DNA of 64,000 nucleotides, taken from contig JBPRGF010000018.1 in NCBI GenBank assembly GCA_051418015.1, positions 32,001 to 96,000 on the forward strand. Direction: 5' to 3'. Below, one piece after another: positions 52,995 through 62,056 of the stretch. The notes beneath the pieces were generated by a model. That model saw only the letters and a program-made list of their open reading frames with translations, was not told where the DNA came from and did not search any database. The translations under genes were made by a program, and so were the position numbers. The stretch's first letter is position 1. Every line of letters starts with the position of its first letter. The stretch is from Candidatus Nitrospinota bacterium M3_3B_026 (lineage in GTDB: Bacteria; Nitrospinota_A; UBA7883; JBPRGF01).

Positions 52995-54095
52995 TTAGCG
53001 CCTTCCGCCGCCCCCTCTGCGCGGTTTGAACCCCTTGCCGCGCCTTGCGGGAGGTTTGCCGCGGGAGGCCGCGCCGGAGGGGTGGATCACCACTCTCCTT
53101 CGCGCTCCTTCCCCCTCCGATCTTGTCTCCACCCTGGGGTCGTCCGCCAGGGCCAGGTGCACAAGCCTTCGCTCCGCCGGGTTCATCGGCGCCAGGGGGT
53201 AGGGGCGCCTTGTCCTGACGGCGTCGTCGGCGGCTCTTTTGGCCTTCTGGAACACGGCCAGCTTGCGTTTTTCCCTGTAGTTCTCCGCGTCCAGGACGAC
53301 CCTCACCCTGTGTTCGAGCTGGCGGTTGATGATTATGTCGAGCAGGTACTGCATAGCCTCCAGCGTCTCGCCTTTCCTGCCGATGAGCAGACCGCCGCTG
53401 TCGCTTTTGATCTGGATCATCAGCCGGTCGGCCAGCCTGTAGCCCCTCGTTTCCCCGTCTATGCCCATGTCCTCGAGGATCTGCTGGATGAACTCCACCG
53501 CCTTGCGCCTTGTCTCCTCGGAGACGGGGGAGTCCTCCGCGTCCTCGAAAACCGGCGGGACGAACTCCTCTTCTCTCTCTTCTTCTTCCTCCTCCCGTGG
53601 CCGCGCCGGAGCCCGCTTTTCCATAACCTTTGGCGCGGCGGCCTCCTCTTCGGTGAAAGGCTCGGGGTTGTAAAGCCTTCTGCCGTACCCGCGCCCTTTG
53701 CGGGGGATGACCACTCCCGCGGGGCCTTCATTCACCCACGGGCGGAATTTGCTGTCCATGGTGACGACTTCGTCCGGCGGCGTCTCGGGAGCGGCTGGCC
53801 GCTCCGGCGCCTCCTCCGGCGCTTCGGCCGCCTCTTCCTCAGGCTCGGGGGTGTACTCCTCTTGCTCTATCTCCTCCCCCTGCCCGTAATGCTCCATGGC
53901 CGCCTCCTCCGGCTCCTGGGCGCTCTCCTTCAACCTGGCCCTGATCTTGTAAGTCTTCCCCCCCATCCCGAGGAACTTGCGCGTCACTTTCATCTCCTGG
54001 ATCTCGAGGCCGTCCAGGCTCTCCACGCCCAAAAGCCTCATAGCCTCGGCCTCGGCCTCTTCCTTCGTGGCTTTTTCTATTTCTACCCAGTCCAT
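52995..54095 (-). CDS. jag: Jag/EloR (KhpB) RNA-binding protein
   Basis: Jag_N domain, KH motif LIGRKGETLEAMQY, R3H motif ERRLVH; follows yidC. Confidence 0.9.
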   Translation of the reverse strand: MDWVEIEKATKEEAEAEAMRLLGVESLDGLEIQEMKVTRKFLGMGGKTYKIRARLKESAQEPEEAAMEHYGQGEEIEQEEYTPEPEEEAAEAPEEAPERPAAPETPPDEVVTMDSKFRPWVNEGPAGVVIPRKGRGYGRRLYNPEPFTEEEAAAPKVMEKRAPARPREEEEEEREEEFVPPVFEDAEDSPVSEETRRKAVEFIQQILEDMGIDGETRGYRLADRLMIQIKSDSGGLLIGRKGETLEAMQYLLDIIINRQLEHRVRVVLDAENYREKRKLAVFQKAKRAADDAVRTRRPYPLAPMNPAERRLVHLALADDPRVETRSEGEGARRRVVIHPSGAASRGKPPARRGKGFKPRRGGGGRR

Positions 54096-54107
54096 AGTCC
54101 GTTCACC

Positions 54108-55841
54108 TCAAGTGGCTTCTTTATCACGATAGATAACCCACTGCTGCCCTATGGTCAGTATGTTGTTCACCAGCCAGTAGATCACCAGCCCCGACGGGAA
54201 CGTCAGGAACAGGAAGGTGAACACGAAGGGCAGGGCCATCATTATTTTCCTCTGCGTCGGGTCGCCGGTCTTCGGCGTCATGAGCTGCTGGGCGAGCATA
54301 CTCGCGCCCATGAGCACGGGAGTCACATAATAGGGGTCGTGCTTGGAAAGGTCTTTTATCCACAATATCCATCCCGCTCCTTTCATCTCTATGGACTCCA
54401 GGAGCACCTTGTACAGGGCGAAGAAGATGGGTATCTGCAGTATCATCGGCAGGCAACCGCCGAGGGGGTTGACCCTGTGCTCCCGGTAGAGGTTCATCAG
54501 CTCGCGGTTCAGGCGCTCCTTGTCGTCCTTGTAGGTCTCCTGGATCTTTTTCATGTGCGGCTGGAGTTTCTGAAGCTTTTGCATCGACTTGAACCCCTTC
54601 TGCGTCAGGGGGAAGAACAGAAGCTTCATCAGCACCGTGAGCGCTATTATCGACCAGCCCCAGTTGTCGAGGACCTTGTGAAAATAGTTCATCACCCAGA
54701 ACAGCGGCTTGGCGATGAAGTCGAACCAGCCGTAGTCGATGATGGAGTACATGCCGTTCGTGTATTCGCCGAGGGTCCTGTGCTCCTTGGGCCCGGCGTA
54801 TATCTCGAACCGCTCCGGGGCGCCGTCGATGGTGGCCTTCGCCGCCCATTCAAGCGAATAGACCGCGCTGGTCACGTAGCGCGCCGTCACGGCCCCGGGC
54901 CGGGGAGGCTCGGGCGCGAGCGCGGCGGTGTAGTACCTGTTGACCAGCGCCGCCCACGGGACCTCGCCCTTGTATGTCCTCTTCGGCTCGTCCTCCTCCG
55001 GGGCCTCGGCCACCCTCTCGCCGTTGGCCATGACTATGGGGCCGGTGTAGGACAGCTGGCCCGCCTTCTGGTCACCCTTCTCCTCTCCCAGGCCGAACCA
55101 GACGATGGAGTAGTCGAACTTTCCCCACCGGGGGGCCGATTTCACGCTGACGGAGAAGTCGAACCTGTAGGCGCCGGGGTGGAAGGTGTACGTCTTGGTT
55201 ATGACCACGCCGGAGTCGTCCGCAAGCTCGAAGGTTATGGAGCGCGGCGGGGAGCCTTTCCCCAGGACGATCTCGTCCTGGACCTCCGGAGTTTTGAAGT
55301 ACGACTTGTTTATCTTGCGGGAAAAGGAGTCCTTGGGGAACCTGAGCCCCAGGGTGGGATGGATCCGCGCTCCCTCCAGCATGTCCGCCGCGTTTTCCCC
55401 CATCATCTCGAGGTGTTCGGCCAGGTTGAAGATTATGTCCACCTTGCCGCTGGCGACGTCGTCGTACTCCTTGAGCTTGTAGCTCACCGGCACGGCGCCT
55501 TTGTTCGATAGGGTGACCAGGGTCAACCCGGTGTCAACGCGGATGAGCCTCTCGGCGCCGGCGGGGGCCGAATAGGCGGTCTCTTTCTCCCCGGGCAATG
55601 GGGCTGCGGCGGGCTCTGTTTCCCCGGCGGGGAGGGCGGCCCGCCCTGTCTCCGGCCCGGCCGTTTTCCCGGCGGTGGCCGTTTTCGCCTCTGGCTCTTC
55701 GGCCCGTTCTTCTTGAGCCTGTTCGGTCTGGACGGCCTGCGGCTCCAGGTACTCCCCGAACCTCCACTGGTAATAGAAGTTATAGAGAAGGACCAGCAAC
55801 ATCGCGGAGGCGAAGGCCAGTAAGAAGTTGCGGTCTATCAT
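54108..55841 (-). CDS. yidC: Membrane protein insertase
   Basis: [29 protein letters not shown]. Confidence 0.95.
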   Translation of the reverse strand: MIDRNFLLAFASAMLLVLLYNFYYQWRFGEYLEPQAVQTEQAQEERAEEPEAKTATAGKTAGPETGRAALPAGETEPAAAPLPGEKETAYSAPAGAERLIRVDTGLTLVTLSNKGAVPVSYKLKEYDDVASGKVDIIFNLAEHLEMMGENAADMLEGARIHPTLGLRFPKDSFSRKINKSYFKTPEVQDEIVLGKGSPPRSITFELADDSGVVITKTYTFHPGAYRFDFSVSVKSAPRWGKFDYSIVWFGLGEEKGDQKAGQLSYTGPIVMANGERVAEAPEEDEPKRTYKGEVPWAALVNRYYTAALAPEPPRPGAVTARYVTSAVYSLEWAAKATIDGAPERFEIYAGPKEHRTLGEYTNGMYSIIDYGWFDFIAKPLFWVMNYFHKVLDNWGWSIIALTVLMKLLFFPLTQKGFKSMQKLQKLQPHMKKIQETYKDDKERLNRELMNLYREHRVNPLGGCLPMILQIPIFFALYKVLLESIEMKGAGWILWIKDLSKHDPYYVTPVLMGASMLAQQLMTPKTGDPTQRKIMMALPFVFTFLFLTFPSGLVIYWLVNNILTIGQQWVIYRDKEAT

Positions 55842-56050
55842 GGGACCGGATCGTATCCCCCCCGGCAGAACGGATTGCACCGGAGCAGTCTTCTGACGGC
55901 GAGCCACAGGCCCCTGAAGGCGCCGTGTTTTTCAACCGCTTCGGCGGCGTAGCTCGAGCACGTGGGGTGAAACCTGCACGAAGGAGGCAGGACCGGCGAC
56001 ACTAGGAGGCTGTAAAGCCTTATCGGGAAGATGAATATCTTTCTTATCAT
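55838..56050 (-). CDS. yidD: Membrane protein insertion efficiency factor
   Basis: [11 protein letters not shown]...RCNPF..GGYDPVP. Confidence 0.95.
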   Translation of the reverse strand: MIRKIFIFPIRLYSLLVSPVLPPSCRFHPTCSSYAAEAVEKHGAFRGLWLAVRRLLRCNPFCRGGYDPVP

Positions 56051-56053
56051 GCC

Positions 56054-56398
56054 TCAACCGCGCGGCCCCGCAAGCCGGCGCGCGAACCTCAGGAACTCCC
56101 CCTCCGCCTCGTGAAAAGAGATGGGAGCGCCCTTCGGAAATACACGGACCACGATGTCTATGCCGACGCCCAGCCTGTTTTTGTTCAACCTGAAAACCTC
56201 TCGCAGAACACGCCTTGTTCTATTGCGAACCACGGCTTTGCCCACCTTCCGGGAGACGACAAGTCCAAGACGCGGCCAATCAAGACCGTTGGGAAGATAT
56301 ATAAACTCCATTCGCCCGCCGCGAAAGCGCTTTCCCCCCTTGAAGACGCGCTCGAACTCGTTTTTTTTTAGTAGCTTGTCTCTTCGGCCGAGCGCCAA
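56054..56398 (-). CDS. rnpA: Ribonuclease P protein component
   Basis: RLGLVVSRKVGKAVVRNRTRR; start placed at TTG 56398 because the ORF-track extension overlaps rpmH. Confidence 0.9.
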   Translation of the reverse strand: MALGRRDKLLKKNEFERVFKGGKRFRGGRMEFIYLPNGLDWPRLGLVVSRKVGKAVVRNRTRRVLREVFRLNKNRLGVGIDIVVRVFPKGAPISFHEAEGEFLRFARRLAGPRG

Positions 56399-56409
56399 GG
56401 CGGGGGGTT

Positions 56410-56544
56410 TTAAACCGTCAGCCTCTTCCTCCCTTTCGCCCTTCTCCGCTTCAGGACCCGTCTTCCCCACCTTGTTTTCATGCGGGCCATGAAGCCGTGT
56501 CTCCTTTTGCGGCGGGTGTTGCTCGGCTGGTATGTGCGCTTCAC
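56410..56544 (-). CDS. rpmH: 50S ribosomal protein L34 (not in the ORF track)
   Basis: Manual translation [44 protein letters not shown] (GTG start, AAGGAG RBS). Confidence 0.97.
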   Translation of the reverse strand: MKRTYQPSNTRRKRRHGFMARMKTRWGRRVLKRRRAKGRKRLTV

Positions 56545-56590
56545 TATTCTTCTCCTTCACGGAAGATATTTTCGCAAAATCAAAAGGAAA

Positions 56591-56619
56591 AGTTTATTTA
56601 AAAAATCATGCCCCGTCAA
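56591..56619 (-). promoter_or_regulatory. Sigma70-type promoter of the rpmH operon
   Basis: TTGACG-N17-TAAACT on the minus strand. Confidence 0.6.
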
Positions 56620-56793
56620 GGCCAATAAAAACATGGCAGTGGGCCGGTTTGTCATTCCGGCCCGCGGGAGGATGCCGCCGGGCTTCAAAACCGGGCAGGC
56701 GGGACGGGCGCCGAACAACGCGCCGGGGCGCGTTTTCCCCGGTGAAAGACAGCCGCCCCGCTCCCCGCTGGGAGCGCGGTTTCAAGGCGCTTC

Positions 56794-56821
56794 TTGACAC
56801 CCGCCGCCCTGATCTTATTAT
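56794..56821 (+). promoter_or_regulatory. Sigma70-type promoter of hrcA-grpE
   Basis: TTGACA-N16-TATTAT. Confidence 0.55.
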
Positions 56822-56875
56822 TATACCTAGTGACCGTGGTTAACTTTTAGAATTTTCAAACATATAGAAGCGAAG

Positions 56876-57940
56876 ATGCTGGACAGTAGAGCCGAGCGCG
56901 TCCTCGATGCGGCGGTGGAGCTGCACATGGAAAGCAAAGAGCCCGTAGGCGCGGGAAGGCTGGCCGAGAAAAGGGATTTCAACCTCTGCCCGGCGTCGAT
57001 CCGCAACGTGATGGCCGACCTTGAGCGGAAAGGCTACCTGACCCAGCCGCACACCTCCGCCGGCAGAACCCCCACGGACAAGGGATATCGCTATTACGCC
57101 GACAGGCTGGCGGGACCCGTGGCGCTGCCGAAAAGGGATATGAACGACATCCGCCGGGCGGCCCGGCGCCTCACGGCCGTGGAGCTGGCCGATTTCATGG
57201 GGGCGATATCCGGCGCCCTGTCGCGTCTTTCCCTGCAGGCGGGCCTTGTGGGGCTGGCCTCCTGGGGCGCGGCGCCGATCAGGAAAATACAGCTCGTCCA
57301 CATAAAGGACGACCTCATCATGGCGGTGGTCGTCTTCGACGGCGGGGGGATAAAAAACGTGCTCATGAACTCCACGGAGGCTTTCAGCCCCGGCGAGCTG
57401 GACAGGATGTCCAACTACTTCAATCATCGTTTCTCGGGATTGTCCATCGCCGATATCCGCCGGACGCTTCTCGGGGAGATGAAAAAGGAGAAAAACAGGG
57501 TGGACGAGCTTGTCGCCCATGCGCTCGTGGTCGCCGAGGCCATGGAAGCCCGCGCCAGCGAGGGGGAGGGGAACTCGGTGCGCGTCGAAGGCGCAAGCAG
57601 GCTGATAGACCAGCTCGGCGCCCGTTTTGACGTGCCCAGGATAAAGGCGCTGTTCGACATGTTCAACGAAAAAGGCAGGCTCGTGTCGCTGGTTAATGAC
57701 CTGCTCAAGGCGGAGGGGGTGAATTTCATCATAGGCTCCGAGTCCGAGATCGACGAACTCGCCGATTTCAGCTTCGTGACGCACACCTTCTCCGGCGCCG
57801 CCGGGGCCCTCGGCGCGGTGGGAATCATCGGGCCGAAAAGGATGAACTACGGCCGCGCGGTGTCGCTTGTGACATACGCCGCCAGGCAGGTCAGCCTGAG
57901 GCTGGCCGGGCGGCTGGATGAGGAGGAGGAAAAACTTTGA
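56876..57940 (+). CDS. hrcA: Heat-inducible transcription repressor
   Basis: SIRNVMADLE..GYL.QPHTSAGRTPTDKGYRYY, GIIGPKRMNY. Confidence 0.95.
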   Translation: MLDSRAERVLDAAVELHMESKEPVGAGRLAEKRDFNLCPASIRNVMADLERKGYLTQPHTSAGRTPTDKGYRYYADRLAGPVALPKRDMNDIRRAARRLTAVELADFMGAISGALSRLSLQAGLVGLASWGAAPIRKIQLVHIKDDLIMAVVVFDGGGIKNVLMNSTEAFSPGELDRMSNYFNHRFSGLSIADIRRTLLGEMKKEKNRVDELVAHALVVAEAMEARASEGEGNSVRVEGASRLIDQLGARFDVPRIKALFDMFNEKGRLVSLVNDLLKAEGVNFIIGSESEIDELADFSFVTHTFSGAAGALGAVGIIGPKRMNYGRAVSLVTYAARQVSLRLAGRLDEEEEKL

Positions 57941-58626
57941 GGATAAAAGTGAAAGAGGAAAAACCGGAAAACACGCCGGAGGATGAAAAGGAGGAACCCC
58001 CCAGGGAGAGCGGGGAAAAACGGTCCGAAAAGAAAGGCGCCGGGGCTTTCCCGACGGAGGGCGGGAAGCTTGCGAAAAAGGAGCTGCCCCGAAGGAAAAA
58101 GGACGACGAGACGGCCGAGCTGCGGAAGATGGTGGACAACCTCACTGAAGAGCTTAAAAAACGGGAGGCCGAGCTCGTGACCGCCGAGGAACGGGTCATG
58201 CGCGCCGCCGCCGACGCGGAGAACTTCAAGAAACGCCTCCAGCGGGAGAGAGAGGAGGAGAGCAGGTACGCCAACGTATCGCTGGTGGAGGCGCTCCTTC
58301 CCGCCCTTGACAACTTCGAACAGGCCATAGCCGCGGCGAAGTCCGGCGAGACGGACATGGCCAGCCTCACCGAGGGCGTCGACATGGTGAGCCGCCAGAT
58401 AATGGATGTCCTGCGGCGGCGCGGGCTGGACAGGGTCGAGGCCGTCGGACGGCCTTTCGACCCGGAGACGATGGAGGCCGTGCGTCTGCTGGAGAGCGGC
58501 GAGCACGAGGACGGCGAGGTGGTGGAGGAATACATCCCCGGCTACAGGTTCAAGGACAGGGTGATCCGCCCCGCCAAGGTGAGGGTGGCGAAAAACACCG
58601 GGGAGAGCGAAGACGAGAGCGAATAA
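57937..58626 (+). CDS. grpE: Nucleotide exchange factor GrpE
   Basis: RAAADAENFKKR, LLPALDNFEQA, FDP...EA, GY...RVIRPAKV; start uncertain. Confidence 0.93.
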   Translation: MRIKVKEEKPENTPEDEKEEPPRESGEKRSEKKGAGAFPTEGGKLAKKELPRRKKDDETAELRKMVDNLTEELKKREAELVTAEERVMRAAADAENFKKRLQREREEESRYANVSLVEALLPALDNFEQAIAAAKSGETDMASLTEGVDMVSRQIMDVLRRRGLDRVEAVGRPFDPETMEAVRLLESGEHEDGEVVEEYIPGYRFKDRVIRPAKVRVAKNTGESEDESE

Positions 58627-58654
58627 AACTCCCCGGCCTCGCAACCGGAGTTTT
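58625..58654 (+). terminator. Probable terminator after grpE
   Basis: aaaactcc...ggagtttt inverted repeat immediately after the stop codon. Confidence 0.45.
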
Positions 58655-58749
58655 CTCCAGGCGCGTCCTTCCTTTCGGCGGCGGACGCTGGCGCTGGTGT
58701 ATGAACGCTAATACCCCTTCCGCCGTATCTTCTCTCTTTGGGGGGAGGG

Positions 58750-59358
58750 ATGAGTAAAGACCCCGCGCCGGGGAGGGGCTGGTATATTCCCGCCGCGCTT
58801 ATCGCCGTCCTGGGGGCCGTTTTTTTCGTCTACTACCTTTACATCGGCGTTTCGGATATCGCCGGGTCGCTCAAGCGCGCCGCCGGCCCCGGCGAAAGCG
58901 AGATCGTGCTCGAGAAGCCCGGCGCTTACCTGGTGTTCCACGAGTACGAGAGCGTCATCGGCGGCGTCCCCCACAGGGTTTCGCCCGGTGTCCGGGGCAT
59001 GAGCTTCGCCATCGAGGAGAAGGCGACGGGGCGGCGGGCGTCCCTCTCGCCGCCCCTGGGGGATTACAGCTATAAGGCCCCCGGACGCGCCGGCGCGGCC
59101 ATTCTCACTTTTACCATCACCCGGCCGGGGCTTTATGTTTTTTCGTCATGGTACGATAATGAAAGCGGGCCGGAGAGGGTCTTCGCCATAGGGCGGGGAT
59201 TCATGGCGAGGGTTTTTGTGACGGTGATAACGGCGCTGGCCATTCTATTCGGGTCTTTCTCGGCCGGGGCGGCGCTGGCGGCTTTCGTGTATCATCGAAG
59301 GCGGAAAGCGGAAAAGGGCGCGCCGGTGGGGCCGCGCCCCGTGGAACCCGGGAGATGA
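58750..59358 (+). CDS. Hypothetical membrane protein (TM-soluble domain-TM)
   Basis: GGAGG RBS; N- and C-terminal hydrophobic helices. Confidence 0.65.
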   Translation: MSKDPAPGRGWYIPAALIAVLGAVFFVYYLYIGVSDIAGSLKRAAGPGESEIVLEKPGAYLVFHEYESVIGGVPHRVSPGVRGMSFAIEEKATGRRASLSPPLGDYSYKAPGRAGAAILTFTITRPGLYVFSSWYDNESGPERVFAIGRGFMARVFVTVITALAILFGSFSAGAALAAFVYHRRRKAEKGAPVGPRPVEPGR

Positions 59359-59406
59359 AGGAGGACGCGTGAGGATCCGGAAACGGCTTATGGCGGGGAG
59401 GAGACA

Positions 59407-59763
59407 GTGAGCGGCGAGACGAGGCGTATGTTGTTCATCTTTTTGAATGTCTTTCTTTTCGCCGTCATCGTCTGGTCCTTCATAGTGAACACCCACTCCC
59501 TCATGAACCCTTACGCGCTGCTTTCGATCTCGTCGCTGCCAGCCTTCATCGCGGCGGGGGCGGCGCTGCTTGTCCTGCGGACCTGGTATCCCGTTTCCAT
59601 CGCCAACGCGCTCCTGCCGTTCGCGGCCATCGTGGTGTTCCTTGCGCCCCATGTCCTCCCGCCGTCCATGCTTGTCTCGTTCGCGAGCAACCTGCTGGCC
59701 GTCGGCCTCCTTGTGGCGGCGCCGGTGATGGTGGTCAACAACCTGCGTTCGGCCGGCGGCTAG
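59407..59763 (+). CDS. Hypothetical four-TM protein
   Basis: GGAGGAG RBS, GTG start, hydrophobic throughout. Confidence 0.6.
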   Translation: MSGETRRMLFIFLNVFLFAVIVWSFIVNTHSLMNPYALLSISSLPAFIAAGAALLVLRTWYPVSIANALLPFAAIVVFLAPHVLPPSMLVSFASNLLAVGLLVAAPVMVVNNLRSAGG

Positions 59764-60350
59764 GGCCGGGCCAGCGCGGCGGCGAGGTCTCCCAGCCTGG
59801 CGAAAAGCCTCTCCAGCTCGGACAGGTCTTTTATCAACCCGCTCCTTTCAACCTGCAGGCGGCCCTCCTTTATCTCGAAAGCCCCAAACTCTTTCAGGCC
59901 GCGCAACAGGATATGCCGCCGGTCGGGGTCCAGGTAGGTCCTCACCTGCTCCGGGTTGTCCCCCTTTACGATGAATGTTTTGTCGAACTCCGGATCACCC
60001 GTCTCCACGTCCATGGTCCCGAGGGCCTTGCCCAGCCTGCTGAGCCTGCTTTCAGGGCGGAGCCGGAAACCGGCCGGCAGGTCCGGGGGCGCGACGCGCA
60101 TCCTGGTGTAGGTCGTGGACGTGTCCCCTGCGCTCACGATGTGGACGTCCAGGATAAACGGCATACCCTCGTTCTCTCCGGTGAAGACGAAAGAGCCTTT
60201 CCCCTCCTCCGAAAGGCCCCTCTCCGCTGCGAACATCCGCCATTTTCTGTCCACCTCCCCGCGCTCCTGGATCTTCTTTTTGAATATCCACAACAGGATC
60301 AGGAAGGCCAGGATGTAAGGCAGCAGGATGTAGACGTCCTCGAGACTCAT
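59760..60350 (-). CDS. Hypothetical membrane-anchored protein
   Basis: N-terminal TM, W..FA..RGL and D.ETGDPEFD..F motifs. Confidence 0.65.
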   Translation of the reverse strand: MSLEDVYILLPYILAFLILLWIFKKKIQERGEVDRKWRMFAAERGLSEEGKGSFVFTGENEGMPFILDVHIVSAGDTSTTYTRMRVAPPDLPAGFRLRPESRLSRLGKALGTMDVETGDPEFDKTFIVKGDNPEQVRTYLDPDRRHILLRGLKEFGAFEIKEGRLQVERSGLIKDLSELERLFARLGDLAAALARP

Positions 60351-60354
60351 CTTC

Positions 60355-61047
60355 TCATACGATCCTGTATCCCGGCGGCGCGATAACGACGGTCACCTCG
60401 CCCTTCACGCTCTCGCGGGATTTGAGCTTTTCGATCACCTCGTCCACGCCGCCGCGGATGAACTCCTCGAACTTCTTGGTCAGCTCCCGCGCCACGGTCA
60501 CCTGCCGTCCCTCGATGAACCTGCGAACCTCCTCCAGCGTCCTGACCAGCCTGGCGGAGGACTCGAAGAAGACGATGGTTCTTTCCTCTGCCGCCCAGGA
60601 CTCGAACATCTTCACCCGCCCCTTTTTCCTTGGCGGGAACCCTTCGAAGACGAACCTGTGCGACGGGAAGCCCGACGCCGTGACGGCCAGGACAGGCGCC
60701 GCGGCGCCGGGGACGGGATGGACGGTTATGTTCTCCACGATGGCGGCGCGGACAAGGATCACGCCCGGGTCGCTCAGGCCCGGCGTCCCAGCGTCGGAGA
60801 CCAGCGCGACGGTTTTTCCCTCCTTCATCGCCCTCACGAGCGAGGGCGTCCGCCTGTCGGCGTTGTGGGCGTGAAAAGAGGTCAGCGCGGCGGGTCTGAT
60901 CCCGTGCCGGTCCAGCAGTATCCGCGACCGGCGGGTGTCCTCGGCGGCGACGATGTCCGCCGATTTCAGGACCTCGACGGCCCTGAAAGTGACATCGTCG
61001 AGGGCGCCGACGGGCGTGGCGACAAGGTAGAGCGCTCCGGGTTCCAT
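60355..61047 (-). CDS. rsmI: 16S rRNA C1402 2'-O-methyltransferase
   Basis: LYLVATPVG, AEDTR, VSDAGTPGLSDPG, ARELTKKFEE. Confidence 0.95.
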   Translation of the reverse strand: MEPGALYLVATPVGALDDVTFRAVEVLKSADIVAAEDTRRSRILLDRHGIRPAALTSFHAHNADRRTPSLVRAMKEGKTVALVSDAGTPGLSDPGVILVRAAIVENITVHPVPGAAAPVLAVTASGFPSHRFVFEGFPPRKKGRVKMFESWAAEERTIVFFESSARLVRTLEEVRRFIEGRQVTVARELTKKFEEFIRGGVDEVIEKLKSRESVKGEVTVVIAPPGYRIV

Positions 61048-61108
61048 GACATGGAGGATACCAGATTCCTCCGCCGGAAGAGGGCCCGGCGTTTTTCTCC
61101 CCGGAACG

Positions 61109-62056
61109 CTAAAACCTCCTGACCTCCGCCAGCTCGTTGTCCATGAAGATTTTTACGGCCGTGCGCCCCTTTATCTCCACCAGCAGGGAGATCGTGTCCC
61201 CCGGCCTGTGGGCCCGGTTGTAGATATCTTTTTCGCCGTCCCTGTTCTCCTGGGTGATGGAGACTTTTACGGCGGACGGGCCCTCGGGCACGGTGTAATA
61301 GAGGATCGTGTAGGTGGCCGGCTCGTCCACCGAACCCTGCCGCCCCTCGGAAACCGTCAGGGTTATATAGGATCCCTTCTCCACCATGGCGCCGAAGGCG
61401 GGATCCTGGGCGATCACCTCCCCGCTCTCCTTGCCGTTCGCCCGCCTGTAAAGGACGCGCCTTATCCTCAGGTCGCTGTTTCTGATCCTGTCCATCGCGG
61501 CGGAGAGAGGCTGCCCCACGAAATCCGGCGCCATGATCCGCTCCGGGCGCGGCCCGGAGGACACGAGCAGGGTTATGGAGGCCCCTTTCGGCGCCAGCGT
61601 CCCCGGGGCCGGGTCCTGCGCCAGGATGGTCCGCTCCTGCCTGCCGGAGTGAATATATATTTTCTTCTTGATTTTTATTCCCCTGCCCTCGAGAACCGCC
61701 TCCGCGCGCAACAGGCTGGAGCCGGTGATGTCCGGTATCAGCGTCTTGCTCGATCCCCGGCTTACGACCACCTTCACGGCTCTTCCCAGCTTGATGGGCT
61801 CGCCCGGCGGAGGGTCCTGGGATACGATCCTGTCCTTCGGCGTGGTGGGGCTGTTTTCCATCCTGGTCACGGCCATGTAAAGCCCCCGGGAGCTGAGCGT
61901 CTCCATGGCCGGGATCACCATCTTGCCCCGTACGTCCGGGGCGGCGATCTTCTCCCCGCCCATGTACATGGCTATTTTCATGACCGTCACGCCGCTGGCC
62001 ACGGTCACGGCCAGCAGCAGCAAAAAGACCTTGATATACTCCGCCGCCCGCCTCAT
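61109..62056 (-). CDS. Membrane-anchored triple-PASTA domain protein (no kinase domain)
   Basis: One TM, three xPDxxG...QDP..G...VS.G repeats and a C-terminal beta-rich domain; ATGA overlap with rsmB. Confidence 0.85.
   Translation of the reverse strand: MRRAAEYIKVFLLLLAVTVASGVTVMKIAMYMGGEKIAAPDVRGKMVIPAMETLSSRGLYMAVTRMENSPTTPKDRIVSQDPPPGEPIKLGRAVKVVVSRGSSKTLIPDITGSSLLRAEAVLEGRGIKIKKKIYIHSGRQERTILAQDPAPGTLAPKGASITLLVSSGPRPERIMAPDFVGQPLSAAMDRIRNSDLRIRRVLYRRANGKESGEVIAQDPAFGAMVEKGSYITLTVSEGRQGSVDEPATYTILYYTVPEGPSAVKVSITQENRDGEKDIYNRAHRPGDTISLLVEIKGRTAVKIFMDNELAEVRRF

Noticed and set aside
56399..56560. N-terminal extension of RnpA in the ORF track
   Set aside because: It overlaps rpmH in another frame; the true rnpA start is near 56398.
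56847..56874. CIRCE element
   Set aside because: The left arm matches 6/9 but the right arm only 3-4/9; not supportable as a feature.
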